A stretch of DNA of 64,000 nt from Auanema rhodensis (GCA_964057225.1 OZ059897.1:5828001-5892000), one strand, 5' to 3'. Positions 11,390 to 26,360 are shown, counted from the stretch's first letter. The notes: generated from the letters alone by a model not told the origin. Translations and numbers: made by a program.

Positions 11390-14300
11390 ATGCCTGGAGG
11401 TAAGTAAAAAAACTATCATTGCTTCTCTATGCTTCCGTCTCGTTAGGTTGTATCGTGAGGATTTGGATATGTATTCCCCTTATCTCGATTACATATATTG
11501 ATGACTAATTAAAAATATTATTCAGGTTTTGAACATGAGTTAGAAACCAGAAGCCGTATAGTACACAATCAGTTACAGGTAATCATCATAATTCTGAATA
11601 CAGATGTGACAGCTTATATTTAGGAAAGAGATAATTGTATAATCTTGAAGATAGACACACATAATACAGCAATAAAGAATCTCAATCCTTTTGGGTTTCA
11701 TTTTGAACTAGACAAAGCAAAATATGAAGCTAATAAAAAGCGAAAGCGAAAAGAACGTAAGTTTTCATTAATTATTTTTTAAATTGTATTACTTTTAATT
11801 GCTTTTTAACGTTTTTCGGTTGCATATCTTTATATTAGTACTGTTTGACATGCTTCTCTGCCGCTGAAAAACATTTAGAAACAATTGAAATTATTTGTAA
11901 TTACTGTAGATTAAGAAAGAAGCCTACATCATGTAGCCATCTTCTTGCATATGTTTAAACTTGTGTATTTGGCTTCATCATAAGTCATCAATTGAATTGA
12001 AGGTATCACTCAATGGTTCGCTTGGATTGCTCATTATCATCACAAGTTCGGAATTAGACATATTCTATTGATAGGATTGTTAGTTGCTTATGTATGTATT
12101 GGAGGTGCTATATTCAATTCGTTAGAAGCACCAAATGAGTTAGAGGTTAGTATCTGTTATACAGGTTTTATCTTTGTTCTTAGATTCTGAGTTATCTTGA
12201 TCAGATTCTATTTTTATTTTTTTTATCTGTAATTCTGTTTCGCAAAAGTTGTAAAGTTTTTTTTTTGAAGAATACTGCTTTTAACGAAGAACATATCTTT
12301 TTGAACCCTGATTACAATTGTTTCTGATAATGTGTATATAATAATTAAAATGATTTTAGGATCTCCGAGATAGTGTAGAAGAAATGACAGAAATTATAAT
12401 AGAAGAAGTTGGAGAAATTAATAATATTACTAGGACTTATAATGGAACTGAAAAAGATGAAAGATTAGCTAGATTATTAAAGGTACGATTTTTTGAACTT
12501 GAAGTTATGAGAACAATATATTAATGTATAGAGATTTTATAAAACTATGCTTGAAGCTGAAGGCAAGTTTCATGGTAGTGTCTGGCATAAAGCTGAAAAT
12601 TTGGAATTAAGATTAACATGGCATTACTCGAGTTCGTGCTTTTATTGTATCACATTGTTTACAACAATTGGCTATGGTATATAGAAAACTGAACTTTTTT
12701 TTGTATAATATCGTATGATAATAGGCTCAATTGCTCCTCAAACTGTATGGGGACGTGTAATCACAGTTATATATGCTTGTATTGGAATTCCACTAATGCT
12801 TGTAGTTTTGGGAGATTTGGGAGAATGGTTCCAAAAAATTTTAACAAATGGTTATATTTTTCTTTTATTAAAATATAGGTAATTACTGTAAACAAAGTCA
12901 TTTAAAATATAAGTATAATATCCAGAAAGTTGAGAAATCTACCGGATCTGACTGAAGATGAAATTGAAGATTTGTTTCTTCCAATGTGGCTTGCTCTACC
13001 TCTTGTTGGAACGTATGTTATTGCTTGTGCACTATTCATAAGGATGTTTGATCACAACGAAGGAACTCTACCAGGTAACTGATGCAAGTATTTGCAAGCA
13101 AAATCATAAGAATCTTCTACTTGGAACTATCAGTATTTAATTTTATTTCCTGTAGACTATAAATAGTCGAGACAAATGATTATATCAAAAATCAAAGAAA
13201 CAATCAGCTCGGTCACTTCCAATAGATAAATCAAAAATTCTCATATGATGTAAAATCAAAAAAATTAGGAAAAAAACAAGTAGTTTTGAAAAAATAAAGC
13301 CATACAAATTCGTTTCCATTTGGTATATTACGTTAAAGATTTGAATTTAAGGAATTGGATTTGGTGAAGCCTTTTATTTTACTTTTATAAGTTTAACAAC
13401 TATTGGATTAGGTGATTTGATGCCCTATAATATACAGGTATGAATAATATTCTAACTTTACCTAACTTGTTTATAAATTATAAGGTTTTTGCTTTGTTTA
13501 AAGAAAAGTTGTTTATGGTCATTTTGAATTGAGTTTTAGTTATTTGATACGGCATAGTTAAGACGGTGATTATTCATTACTATCAGTTTGAAAGCTCACA
13601 ATATGAATTTATAGGTGTCAAAAAGAGCAATACCCATCTTCTTATGATAACCGAAAGATCTTAAAATCAAACAACCAATATAACAATGAGATTCACACCT
13701 TAAATCGGTGTTATATTGGACTTTTTGAAATCATTTCACAGCCTAGAGCATAGCAAGCAACACCTCTTGCTAAGTCTTAACTATATGTCCCTTGACTTTA
13801 ACACTAAAACGTTGTAAAAAATTTAATTTTTAAATATTTAACATAATTATAATTTTCATAAACATCCTTATATATCATGCATTCTATCTAAATTTATTCT
13901 TTAGTATTCTCCAATCTTGTCATCTGTCTTTTTACTTGGTCTGGCACTTGTGAGTATTGTGAATACATCTATATATGCTCAGCTATATGATGTATTCTAC
14001 AATTCGATCAGGGGCATGGAAGATAAGTTAGAGAAAATACATCGCAAAAAACAAAGAATTGGTGAAGGATACAAAATCTTCCAGGTGATTTTTCTCACTT
14101 CTGATCTCATATTTTATTCCAGTTTTGAGTTTTATCTAAAGCTCAAATGACCAGTACATCTTAATGTAGTTTCTTATCTTTTTTTCAATTTACTTAATGA
14201 TTTATATACTTATAAACTACACTAATCTGATATATTTCTCACATAATTCTTTCATTCTATCTCGAATTTTCTTATTTTGATAGAAATAATATTATTATTT

Positions 14301-15431
14301 CCAAGGATATGGAGCCAAGTGTTCGTCTTCTCGTTTGCTCATTTCCCCATGTTGGTAACACTATTCGTGATAGCGCTCTTGAGAGTATTTTGAAATCTGG
14401 AGATGGTGGAAGCGGTGGAGGCAAGAAGGACAAAAAAGTCACTGTATGTTGTTTTTTTACATTTCGTGTCTTTTTTGAGTCATAGAGAACTCTTTGCAGT
14501 ATTCATCAGTTGTTCGAAAACGTACTATCTCATATACTGCTGACGAAAAGGAAGAGAAATCTAAAGGAAATAGTGGCCGTGCTCGTGCTCCAACTCTTGG
14601 TGCATTCGGTGGTCGAGAATTAGCTAAATTCAGGTAAAATAATATTAATTATAAATGCTGAGTAATATTCATAATTTCAGAAAAGATAGACAAGTTACCC
14701 GAAGATCTTCCGATGCTTCAGCTCCCAGTAAACCAACTATTCAGCGTCGCGCTTCAGATGACAGAAAGGAAAAAAATCAACTTCTTAACTTTGACTGGAA
14801 GAAAATCAATTTCAAAAAATCGAAAGCAAAATCAGAGACCACAGCAGATGAAAAATCGGAGTCTAAACCTATTGAGATAATCAGTGATACAATTTCTAAT
14901 CTATCAGTTACGAGTACTGACGAAACGGTGGAAATCCCACAGCGTAGCAGATATGTTCAACCAGCTCAGCCAGATATGTCTGACTTGTATAATAATGAGC
15001 CAGATTTCTATAGTGATGGACCTCAGCTTCACGATAATAAACCTACTGCTCAATCAACAGAACAGGAACACACTAATGAGAGCCGCACCGAGAAAGTAGA
15101 AACTGATAATGCCGATGGCGATGGCGATGCCGATGCCGATGCCAATGCCAATGCTGATTCCGATGCCGAGGCCACTCAAGAAAATCTTGATCGACAATCT
15201 TCTTCTGAATCGGATGACGAAGAAAACGATGAGCCACCAGCCAATCGACCAGCACCGCTATTAGAGATGCCAGTGTTAGTGCCGCCGTCAGATGATTCCG
15301 ATGACTCAGATGACGAGTGGGCACCTCCAATGAACAAATTCGCAAATCTTAAACGCGGTTCATATTTCGTGCCACGACAAGAAACAGATTCTGAAGATGA
15401 TGAAGGGCCAAGTGTTGAATATATTCCTTAA
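11390..15431 (+). CDS. Two-pore-domain (TWK/K2P) potassium channel with long acidic C-terminus
   Basis: TM1 ILLIGLLVAYVCIGGAIFNSLEAPNE. Pore 1 FYCITLFTTIGYGSIAPQTVWGR..YACIGIPLML. Pore 2 FYFTFISLTTIGLGDLMP. Last exon ~14681-15431. The start exon is tentative. Confidence 0.9.
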
Positions 15432-15675
15432 AGCTGTGGGAAAAGTCAAAAGCAGAGGAATACAAATTCTTCTGTTTTTGAAAATTTAATATATATATAT
15501 ATATATAAAAACATGTACATTATTGGTTTTCCTAAATTTGTACTTTAGACATCTTTAGTCTAATGTTTGAACTTTTGATTTATATCATATATCCCATGAT
15601 TATTACATAACAAATACTTTAGTTTTCCTTTTTTTTACTTAGTTTCTTAACAATAGTTTGTCAAAATAAAAATAC

Positions 15676-16380
15676 TTAATAATGATTTATTGGATTGATG
15701 TAGCTTGTCTGTACCAACATGAAATCTTGATTACGGCTTTGCATGTTTTGCCAATCTTGCGTTCGCGTACTCTGAAATATTTTGTGAACAGTTAGATCAG
15801 AAGGAATGAAGAAAGAAAAGACTTTGGGTTTTTTCGATTTCTCCGACTCAGTTGAGTTATTTCTCTGTTCTCCTAAGAATAACATGATTTCTCCGGGGGC
15901 TTTAAAAGATGACACTTGAGGTTCAGATTTAATTCCAGCTTCTAAATTTATGGATGATTTTAAATTCTTTGATTTCGTTTACCTGTTTGTATTAAAGTTG
16001 CTCTTTTATCTTCATATTTTTGTTTATTTGTTTTGCGTTTTGCTGTAGCGTCAATACAAACATATCTTTTAAACTCCCCGTCAACATGAAGCAAGAGTTC
16101 ATCCGGGTTTTCGGTATTTGAAAAACTCATCAAATCTACATTAGATTTGAAAACACATTGTCTAAATGTCTAGAGCTTAATAAAAAGAAATTCTAGTTAA
16201 ATAAATTGATATGAAAGCCTTCAATGCTGTAGTAAAGAGTCTATAATCAATACGGCCAAGCGAAATGTTAGCTTCACTCACTTCTAAACGATAGTTCAAG
16301 CCGCATTTTCTCCTAGGGCAACGAAAAAAGCAAAAGAGGTCATTGATTTTCCATTTATTATTTATAACAACTGTTAGCAT
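15676..16380 (-). CDS. Hypothetical orphan protein (about 3 exons)
   Basis: Open exons MLTVVINNKWK..., ...QCVFKSNVDLMSFSNTENPDELLLHVDGEFKRYVCIDAT...LIQT and (GT-AG intron) EAGIKSEPQVSSFKAPGE... The first intron would need a non-canonical GC donor. Confidence 0.4.
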
Positions 16381-17276
16381 AGTTCTATAAAAAACATTGA
16401 ATTATTTAGTGCGTTAAAATTTTTTTCATTAATTTTGTAATTATAATGGAAATTAATGGCATTTCACTGTTTTACATAGTTTTTTTTGAAGAAACTTTAA
16501 TGTTATTCAACCGTACTAAGCACTTGATTTGTATATAATTTTATTGAATGTTTAGGCGTTTTGAAAGCAAATGATCTGTGCGCGCATATTCACCCTAATA
16601 ATAACAAAAACGTGGAAATAGTTCACGTAATCACGTTGCGCGTTCTTGATGAATAACGCGTAAAACGAAGAACATTTGTTACATTCATAGATATACATAT
16701 ACATTATTATTGAAATGGTTAAATATTACGATTTAAGGTTATATATGAATAGTTTGTACTTGATTTTTCTATGTTTTGTATAATCATTTTATAATTTTGT
16801 TTTATTTAATTTCAAGACTAAATTGTCTTGATAAATTAGGGAATGTATTATAAATTGAAAGTATATTAGAGAAATCACAATTTTCTTTGATTAAAACTTA
16901 TTGTTCATTAGCTCACTATACCACCATCTTATCTTTTTTGAGCATTTTGAGCGCATACGCAAAATCGCGAGATGCTAATTTGGATGAAGCTTTCATACAT
17001 GCCAAAGCGCATTTTAGATTGCTCCAAGTCAATCTATTCAATTATAGGGAAAGCAGCTCTAACTCTCTTTCTGAAACATACGTGCCATAATCGCGTGTTA
17101 TAGAGAGAAAACTATTTGCTTTACGTTTATCCTCTTGCCTTGCAGTTTTAGTCCATTTCTATGATTAAGCTACATTTTAAGTCTATCCATGTTTCATTAT
17201 TCACCCAAATGCCATTTTAGTTCGTTAAGAAGTTTTTTCTGTTCTCATATTTATACTTGTATTGTTGCAGTATATC

Positions 17277-20200
17277 ATGATTATGACTAATGAAGCCGAA
17301 AAAGGCATGGTGCCTGTAGATCCATCTGTCGGTGCTGTTATAATGAATTCCAAAACTGTTGAAGAGAAAGAAGCTGCCCGTTTGCTCAATCCATCATCAG
17401 TTGCATCGGAGAAAAAACTGAAGCCAGTAAGTGATGCATTGATCTTTCATTTCATTTCAAAGATTTTCTTCATGATCATTTTTTCCAAATATATGATACA
17501 ATAGTTTCGTCTTTCTTTGGTTTCATACCTTCATTCATCAGACTGAGCGTGATTTGTTTTCTATTATAGTGTATAGAATAAGTTTTGTTCTGAAATCAAT
17601 TACCTATGAAAGTAAAATCATTCTTATAACGATCTTTTTTAGAATTCCTTATTCTGACAAAGCGTTTCTGTGCGTTTTTCTATTTTTCCTAGGTTTACCA
17701 GTCATTTCTCTGTCAACATCTCTGTTACCTATCTCTGCAAACTGGAGTGCTATCGTTGGGCGTCAAAGTGGAGTGACCATTTCCATTTGTATTCTCTTTA
17801 GTTACTGCTTTGCTCGCCTCATTCACCTTCCTTTATTCTCTTTTTTCTCTTCTCTGTTATAACTATATCAGCAACTCATCCTCATCCCGATCTTTGACCT
17901 TCAAAACTCCATGTAGTTGACGTGAAGTATAATTTCATGCTATTATTATAAATATTCCGTATGCTATAACTGCCCTTGAAAATCTTTTGGCTCCATTGTA
18001 CCATATAGATGCGCAGATTGAGTAGTAGAATACTATAGGAATGTCGTATATTTCCTTTTTAATTTATGAAGACAACTAGATTGATTGACGCTTTTGTTAT
18101 TTTGATATGAGTATTAGATAATTATCACGTTTTTCTTGTCACTAGCTGTTCCTAAAGGCGATGAGCTGAACAAATATATATGTTTTTTAATCGTCTTAGG
18201 CTATTTTTCTAATGTTATAGTGCTAGTCTTACACTCAATTTGCTTAGTTCGTATAGATTCGCGACCTCTAGCTCAATCAGAGTGGGGCACATTGATACGA
18301 CTTGTCAGCTGTTCCACCATGCTCAATCTTTCGTCGCATATAACTCTTTCTTACTTATCTGCTACCGTGCTGTTCTTATATTTGAGTCTTTAAAACGTTT
18401 TTTTACCTTTCCCTGACCCTACTTTACTATGGGTCATCTCTCCCGGCAAACTTGAAACAATCACGTGGCGCTTCCGTCAAAACTAAAATTGTTTGTACAG
18501 CTTTTGTTGAAAAAAAGATTGTGAAAAGTTGTGTTGGCGCTCATCCTAATGGCGTTTTTGTTCTTTTTCCTTTTGTTTTGCTACAATAAGATACCGCTAT
18601 AGTATCGTTTTATTCATTAAATAGCTCTTGAATAGCTTTTGTGTCATCCTTAGAACTGTAGGCAAGGTGCATCAGCATTTTTTCTTTTCACAAATCACAT
18701 CTTTACATTTTTCTGATTTCTATATACTAAACATACACTGTCTCCTAACCAGCTTCTCCATTACAAAAATGTTTAGTTAACTGCAGTATTTGTGTTTCTC
18801 CCCCCACCTCCCCATCTAACCAAAAGTTTTCTTTTCTATCGATGACCTAAACCCAATTTATTATCGTGTATCACTTTCTTTTTCTTTTTGGGTATTTCAA
18901 CAAGAATTTGTAAAAAAATTTCCTAAGTTGTTTCGTACTCTAGATATGAAGCAGGATAGTCAAGAAGTATCGGTGCCGTTACGCACAGAACAAAAGATCG
19001 AGGTTAATCATGTTACTACATTCTATTCCTAACCTTATTGAAATATCTATGCAAATAATATATTTAGAAACTTAAGGAGAAAGCTTTTATTTTCTGTTTT
19101 GATTAATTCAATTTTTTTAGGGCCGTTTAACTGGTGCTTTGGCTTTTGCTGTTTTTGCCGTTACTCTCTCCTCATTCCAGTTCGGATATCACATAGGATG
19201 TGTCAATGCTCCAGGAGGGGTCAGAAACTCTATCAAACCCCTTCTTTGAAAAAATATTTTTTTAGTTAATCACCGAATGGATTATGGAATCCCACACCAA
19301 TATGTTCAATTCAACAATTAATAAACAAGAAGCGGATATGGCTTGGTATGTGCCGGGAACATTCTCTTACTATGATTTGATCTCTTTAGGTCTGTTGCTG
19401 TCTCTGTTTTCGCTGTTGGAGGTATGGCTGGTGGACTTCTCTCTGGATGGCTCGCAGACAAGGTTTATCTTGAAACTTTGATTTTTTAATGTTAGGCAAA
19501 TATCTTAGGTCGGTCGTAAAGGTGGACTTCTGTACAACAACTTGTTTGCCTTCATCGCCGCTGCTTTAATGGCTTTGTCTAAATCTGTTGGTGCTTATCC
19601 AATGATAATTCTTGGACGTCTTTTCATTGGTTTCAACTGCGGTATTCAGTTCTCCATATATTTAATTTAAATTTATTGTTTTTAGGTTTGTCCTCAGGAT
19701 TAGTACCAATGTATTTAACTGAAGTATCCCCCATCAACCTTCGTGGTATGCTCGGTTCACTTCATCAGCTTCTTCTTACTATTGCTATTCTAGTCTCTCA
19801 GGTATGCTTTGAGCCACAAATCGTTTTCATATATTCTTTTTAGATATTTGGACTTCCTTCCCTACTCGGATCCGATGAACATTGGCCAATGATCTTCGCT
19901 TTTACCATAGTTCCTGCTGTTCTTCAACTTGCCACACTTGTCTTCTGTCCAGAATCTCCTAAGTATACCTTAGCTGTTAAGGGAGATGAACCAAAAGCTG
20001 AAACTGATCTTAAGAAGCTCAGAGGATCCAACGACGTAAAATTTCTTTTCACTTTTTTGAAACTGCGAATGGTTTCAGGTTTCTGCCGAATTAGACAGTA
20101 TGAAAGAAGAAGCTGCGAGCAGCAACTCAACTGAGAAGCCTTCCATGGCCTCTATGTTTTCTGGAGCTCTTCGCTGGCCTATGACTATTGCCATTATGAT

Positions 20201-21048
20201 GATGCTTGCTCAACAACTTTCTGGTATAACAACTTTATTTTTATTTGTTCATTCGCAATTATATTTGTAGGTATCAACGTTGCCATGTTCTACTCCACCA
20301 TTATCTTCAAGGGCGCTGGACTCAACACTGAACAAGCTGTTTATGCTACTATTGGAATGGGTGCTGTCAATGTTTTCATGACCGTTGTCTCTGTCTGGCT
20401 TGTAAGAACATTGAATAATCTAGTGATTTTCATTCATTTTTCTATCTAAGGTTGATCATCCTAAGTTCGGACGTCGTTCCCTTCTTCTTATTGGTCTTGT
20501 TGGAATGTGGTTCTGTACCATTTTCATTGTTGGAGCTCTGTCTCTCAATGGACCTTCTGCCACCGGAAAAACTGAACATCCATGGGCCAGTTATGCTGCT
20601 ATTATCGGTGTACTTCTCTTTGTTGTTTCTTTCGCTTCTGGACCAGGTTTCCCGTCAAAATCATTAGATATCTCAAACAATTAATTTCCAGGAAGCATCC
20701 CATGGTTCTTTGTTTCTGAAATCTTCAGCTCATCTGCTCGTGGTAATGCCAACTCTATTGCCGTTATGGTTAACTGGATGGCTAACTTGATTGTTGGACT
20801 AACATTCCTCCCCATTAATGTGAGTCTTTGACCTCATTCTTATAACTTTATATCTATTTCCAGAATATCTTACATCAATTCTCATTCTTCGTTTTCACTT
20901 TCTTCCTTTCCATCTCCATTCTTTTCACTTGGAGGTTTTTGTTGTTGTTTTTTTCTGTTATTTTATCCGTTATTTTAGATTCGTTCCTGAAACTAAAGGT
21001 AAGACAGTCGAAGAAATCACTGCCGAATTTGAAAACAATCGTCGATAA
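17277..21048 (+). CDS. fgt-1: Facilitated glucose transporter (GLUT/SLC2, MFS sugar porter)
   Basis: [103 protein letters not shown]. First exon 17277-17426 follows a TTGCAG acceptor. Confidence 0.95.
18946..19002 (+). CDS. fgt-1: Alternative first coding exon of the glucose transporter ([19 protein letters not shown])
   Basis: ATG just after an AG acceptor, 57 nt long, phase-0 GT donor joining in frame to the exon at 19121 (GRLTGAL...). Confidence 0.65.
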
Positions 21049-21556
21049 AGCTTAGGTTCTTATTAATCTGTAATTTCATAATTTTCGAATTTATTTTCAA
21101 CCAATTCCATATTTAATGAAATTGTCATTTAATATTATATATAACATGCGTCTGGGCGAGCTTTAAATTTCCTCTTCGCTCCGCACCTTCTTGCTTGTTT
21201 AGTGCTAACAAATTGCTAGTTTAATAAGTTAGATTTTTTATTTTTGCATTCATCAATTATACTTTTTAATTTACAAATGAATAAAGTATGTGATTTATTT
21301 ACAGTAATCCTATCGCAATAAACAGGAAAGGCAAAGAATACCCGCATTGAACTCCGTGCGACAAGAAATTGGAAGCATATATGACGAAAATCCGATTATG
21401 ATACAGAATCTAACATAAACATTTGAAAACAATTGAAAACAATTGGATGAAAATATAAAATATCAATAGATTCAAGAATGATGATGCTGGTGATGATGAT
21501 AGTGATAAAGGAACGATGTATGTGCATATATTTAAAAATTTAAATTGAAAAACTAT

Positions 21557-22344
21557 TTAATCAGCACTACTCTGTACCAGTGTCTGTTTGCTCTGTCCTA
21601 ATATGGTTGGAGCATCCGATCCTGATTGTCTGCGTCGAGGACAAATTGACATCTTTTCGATCGCTCGCCAACTACGGAAAGTCACCTGAAATGCGTGAGA
21701 ATATGCACCCGGAATGATATCATTTGCAAAATGTAGTTGATGATGAATTATTAAGTTGTTAAAAAGGTAAAAACAAACCTCGAGAGCTATAACCCCCGCA
21801 GCAGATTCAAATAAGCCATATATACTTGCATAGAAATACGATGTGATAAGCTCTGGCGTTAATAAGATAATCAATGACACTGAAAATAGAATAAAGTATA
21901 ATGGTTGCTAAGTGCTAGTAGAAGGTTCCACATACCAGAACCCAGAATAACAATTCGAATAATTTTTGCTACTATATATGGCAGAAAGAAGGTTGGACGT
22001 CGTTGACATAGCGCTCGGGAATGTGCTAGATAGAGGACAATACTCAGAACGATGCCAGAGAGAAGAAAAAAGATGAAAATCAGAAATGAAAGAAGGAGCC
22101 AATCTATAGACAAAGATTTTAAAATTAAATTTAACAATGTGATGTTTAAAGCTGTACTTTCAGGGACTTTCTTCAGATAAGCATGCAAGAAGACATTAGA
22201 ACTAATGAGAAGGGGAGCGAAAACCCAAGCAAATTCCTGAAATAAATAGAATATTAACGTAAATTAATTAAATAATTATATAATTACTTGCAAATAAATA
22301 ATGACAAAAACTGTATGCAAACTGTTAACTGTTGAGTCTGTCAT
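21557..22344 (-). CDS. Multi-pass membrane protein of unknown function
   Basis: MTDSTVNSLHTVFVIIYLQ / EFAWVFAPLLISSNVFLHAYLKKVPE / DWLLLSFLIFIFFLLSGIVLSIVLYLAHSRALCQRRPTFFLPYIVAK... / VTFRSWRAIEKMSICPRRRQSGSDAPTILGQSKQTLVQSSAD*. Several hydrophobic helices. Confidence 0.65.
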
Positions 22345-24085
22345 CGCATTTCGTAAATTTCTGAAAACATATTAGTGAGAAAAATATCTTTATTTTCGGA
22401 AAAAAATAACAAGAAGAAGAAAAAGGAAATCAATGAGAAAAATCTCTTTATTTTCAGAAAAAGAAAAAGAATATTTAGATCACATTTAATTCATATTATT
22501 GAGCTAATTCTCAACATTCATGTCAATATGAAGATCATGAAAAATATGCTTCAAACTTTTTTTTTGATTGCCAGGACAACGGATGCCATCCAGCTTTTTT
22601 CACATAGTATACATCAATTCGAAATCAAATCGCTTATATATGTAAAAGATTGAAATAGTTGATATACATATATCAATTCCAAGAACAACATGTAAGATTA
22701 TAAATCATTTACAAGATGAAAAATTGGAAGAATTTAACATGGAAAGTTCGTTTTTCAGTAAATTTGGAACTATATGTTTAGGAATATTGAATAAAGTTTA
22801 TATGATTTCAAGTTATAATCAAGAAATAGAAATAAAAAATAGTTTGAATATGCTCAAGTTTGAGCAGTTTTACCAAATACAGATGTAGGATAGTAAGAAA
22901 GAATATACAACAGTATATGTATGTGTATTGACATCTCATCATCGGGCACTTATAATTTCCTTTTCCCTGTAATTTCGTTAAAAATTTACTTTTTTTTGGA
23001 ATAAAATATAGAATAAGGTCCTTATCAATCCATATTCCTGATTTTTTGAAGAAAAATCGTTTTTTCAATTTCAATTATTCTAATAAAGAACAGATGGTTT
23101 AGAAAAGTTCTATTTATAAAGTTTTCGATAGAAAACCTTCTTTTCAAATATTTTTGTTTGGCTTTAATTATTAAAAATATTAGAAAATAGAAATTTCTAG
23201 AACAAATGTGAATCTTTTTTTATTTTTCAAATAATTCTTTGAGATTAAAAGAAAATATTGTTTATGTGAAAGTGACATCTACTTTTTTGTTCCTCAAAAT
23301 TCAATAAGGATAGATAAAAGTTGGATTTTGATGGGAAAACGTACATTTGAGAGATCACGAGCATGTGGTTCCATTTATGTGAGTTCGAACATACATATTT
23401 AACTGAATATTAGGATAGAACCGACCAGAAAGCGAAGCCTTGGATGAAAATATTTTAGGAGAAATGATAATGACAGATTAGAAAGAGAACATAAAAACTA
23501 AAAAGATAACAGGTGGCTGATTAATTGAAGTAAATTAGTTTGAGAAATGCTTGTTATATTTCTTTGACATGTCTTGTAACTTCATGATAAACACATATTG
23601 TTATGTAGTTGAAAAGTTTGTTGTAAAAGAAGAATGAAAAAGAGTTTGAGCTTAGATTTTGTGCAATTGTTTCAATCAAAAGAGCGAAAAAATCTTAGAG
23701 AGCAAGAAAAGATGGATAGAAACTGGTATAAAGAGAGAGAGAGAACGATATAAAAAGAAAGATAAATGAAGAAAAAGAGAAAGAGGGAGAGAGAGAGAGA
23801 AAAGGGGAAATGTTGAACCTCAATCCCGGTTATTCAAAAAATTCAGAGCAACAAATTACAGGCAATCATCATAAAAGATACTGTGAAAAGAGATGCATAA
23901 TCAATATCTATTGAATAAAAAGAAAATAATTTTATAATAATAATAGGTTTTTATGAAGTTTCTTCGAAAAAAAAATATAAAAAATAAAGGAAAATAAAAA
24001 AACAAGAAGTGTTCAAGAAGATAAGTTGTGTTGGCCACAGGAATACTTGAACTTAAACTCGTTCTCTCTCTATATATTAATATAT

Positions 24086-24088
<3 letters not shown>

Positions 24089-24121
<33 letters not shown>
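24089..24121. repeat. (GA)n microsatellite
   Basis: Perfect AG run. Confidence 0.9.
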
Positions 24122-24126
<5 letters not shown>

Positions 24127-26360
24127 GCAATATATGTGAGAGGAAAAACAATACTCAAATCTATGAGCAACGAGGTGGAAGTCCATGCCTGAATTATGAA
24201 ATAGCGAGAGAAAAAAGGCTTTAAGCTTTTCATGAGTTTGAAGAATATAACGATACAAAAAAGTAGTTTGAAATACAAATGAACAACAAGACTAATATAA
24301 AAAAGAGAAAAAAGAAAAGAAATAGATTAATAAAGGTAAGAAAAGAGAAAAAAAAAGTTTATTATGGTAATATTATAAGAAATAAAAAATAATATTAGAT
24401 AAGTTTGTAGTTTAAAGTTTGATGTTGAAAGAAGAAGAAGACATACTAATATTTTCTAACAAAATGTAGAAAACATAATAAAAAATAAAAATAATGAAAG
24501 AATTTATGTTGAATGAAAGAATATTTTTTTGGAAAAAAAAGCTGAAAACTGAATAAAGAATAAGCTTTTAATGTAGATATTGGCTAAAATTTGATTTTAA
24601 GAGGATTAAATTGATTTACTAATATATTCATCTTAGTACTTATGAATAACTAATCTGTTGATAGAGGGAAAGATTTTTTTTCTGCATATAAGATCATTCG
24701 ATAGATAGCATGGAGGCTTTCAAACTTTTTCTCAAATCATATCTTGGACATCAAAGGTAAACACACATCATACGTCATTCATAAGCAACACACATGTTAC
24801 ACATACATAGACATATCTTAGTACATAATACATGAGAAAATGTATTTGAAACGTAGGAAAATTAGGAAAAAAACGACGTCGAATTTGTATATTCATGCCT
24901 GGTTTCTTCTCAAATTTCTTCTATTTCGTCTTCTGCCTCCATGACTGAAAGGGCGGACGCTAACACTAGTTGGTGAACCACTACCACAACCATCATTATC
25001 ACAATCATCATCATACAGCGTTTTTCGTTTTGTACGGTAGATGTTTAGACTGACATGTGGGGGCGTCCGACTGAAGCGATGGCAGCCAATTAGATCTGAC
25101 TCCAGGCTGTCTGACGAGTTGACTAGGCAGAAGAAAAGGCGGGGGAGAAGTAACAATCAGGCAGTCACGATGACATGTTCTTGATATACAAACTCATAAC
25201 ATATCTCAAGAAGACATATTTTACGTATAAAAATAAATATTTTAATATTCAAATCATTCGCTTAGTATATATCTTTATCTTTGTACCATTCCGATGTTCA
25301 TTATGAAACAGAGCAAGTGGTAGAGATAGTGATGTTGACGTTTGCACAATATCCTTATAAACTACAAATGACGTGAATATGATTCATAATATCTAAATTT
25401 GTTTCTAATATAACAGTTTTTTCAAAAAACATTCTCACTTTTGAAGCAAGAATATTGTAATATCAGTGAGATAGAAGAGACGTAGATGCGGAATGGTTTG
25501 TTATCTTTGATGGAAAAATAGATAATGGCTAAGAAATAAAGTGAAGCAGAAGTAATGGTTAGAAAAGAGTATCAGACATTAATAAAGAGAACAAAAACTA
25601 AAAGAGCATGTTAGATATAGATAATTAGAGAAAAAACTTTATAAGAGCACGTAATTCAGGAAGAACTGAAAGCCCCACCAACAGTCCCGTTTGGGTGAAT
25701 CTAAGCACATTCTATCATTGTATTCCCGTATTTTGATTATTTTAAGCAATACGGAATTGCCTCTGTGATATGAGATGTCATTGGCGCTAATTTAGAACTA
25801 GATTTGTATCTCAATTTCGATTATTTCTAAAAGTCTCACTCTCATACTATCTGAGATATATATTCTGTTAAAATGTTAGTTAAAATTATTTTAAAAAAAT
25901 ATTATTTTATTAATTATAAATAAATTAAAATATATTCATATTAAATGATAAACCTAAATTTTATTTCAAAATATCAAAATATCAAGCTATTAAGCTGATT
26001 TTCAATTGATTTTTAAACATTTATAATCATTCTTAAACAATTTCAGGAGTAGAGTTCGTCACGCTTCGCTAGGAGCGCATAGTATTGAATCAGAACAAAT
26101 TGAGTAGGTTGAAAAATAAAACTTAAAACATTTTTTTTAGTTCAAAATCATAATCTCATGTTCAATTATCGTATTTTAGAAGGAGGTTTCCATCATCTGA
26201 AATCAATTCTACAGCGTTTATTAATATGGGTGAATGGAACCGAGGTGATGACAATGAAAAGAAAGATTTCAGAGGTTTCTTATCATTTTAATTTTTTTAG
26301 AAAAAGAATCTGTCACTTTTTGTTCTTCTACAAACTTTTGTCAATCGTGAAATACATATC

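Noticed and set aside
11093-11390. rpn-5/twk operon
   Set aside because: Same strand and only ~300 bp apart, but there is no clear poly(A) signal plus trans-splice acceptor, and the twk start is tentative. SL2 data would be needed.
24893-25156. GC-richer ORF (..DDDCDNDGCGSGSP..) as an upstream exon of the 22-kb membrane protein gene
   Set aside because: No convincing ATG or splice donor linking it to the gene; more likely regulatory DNA.
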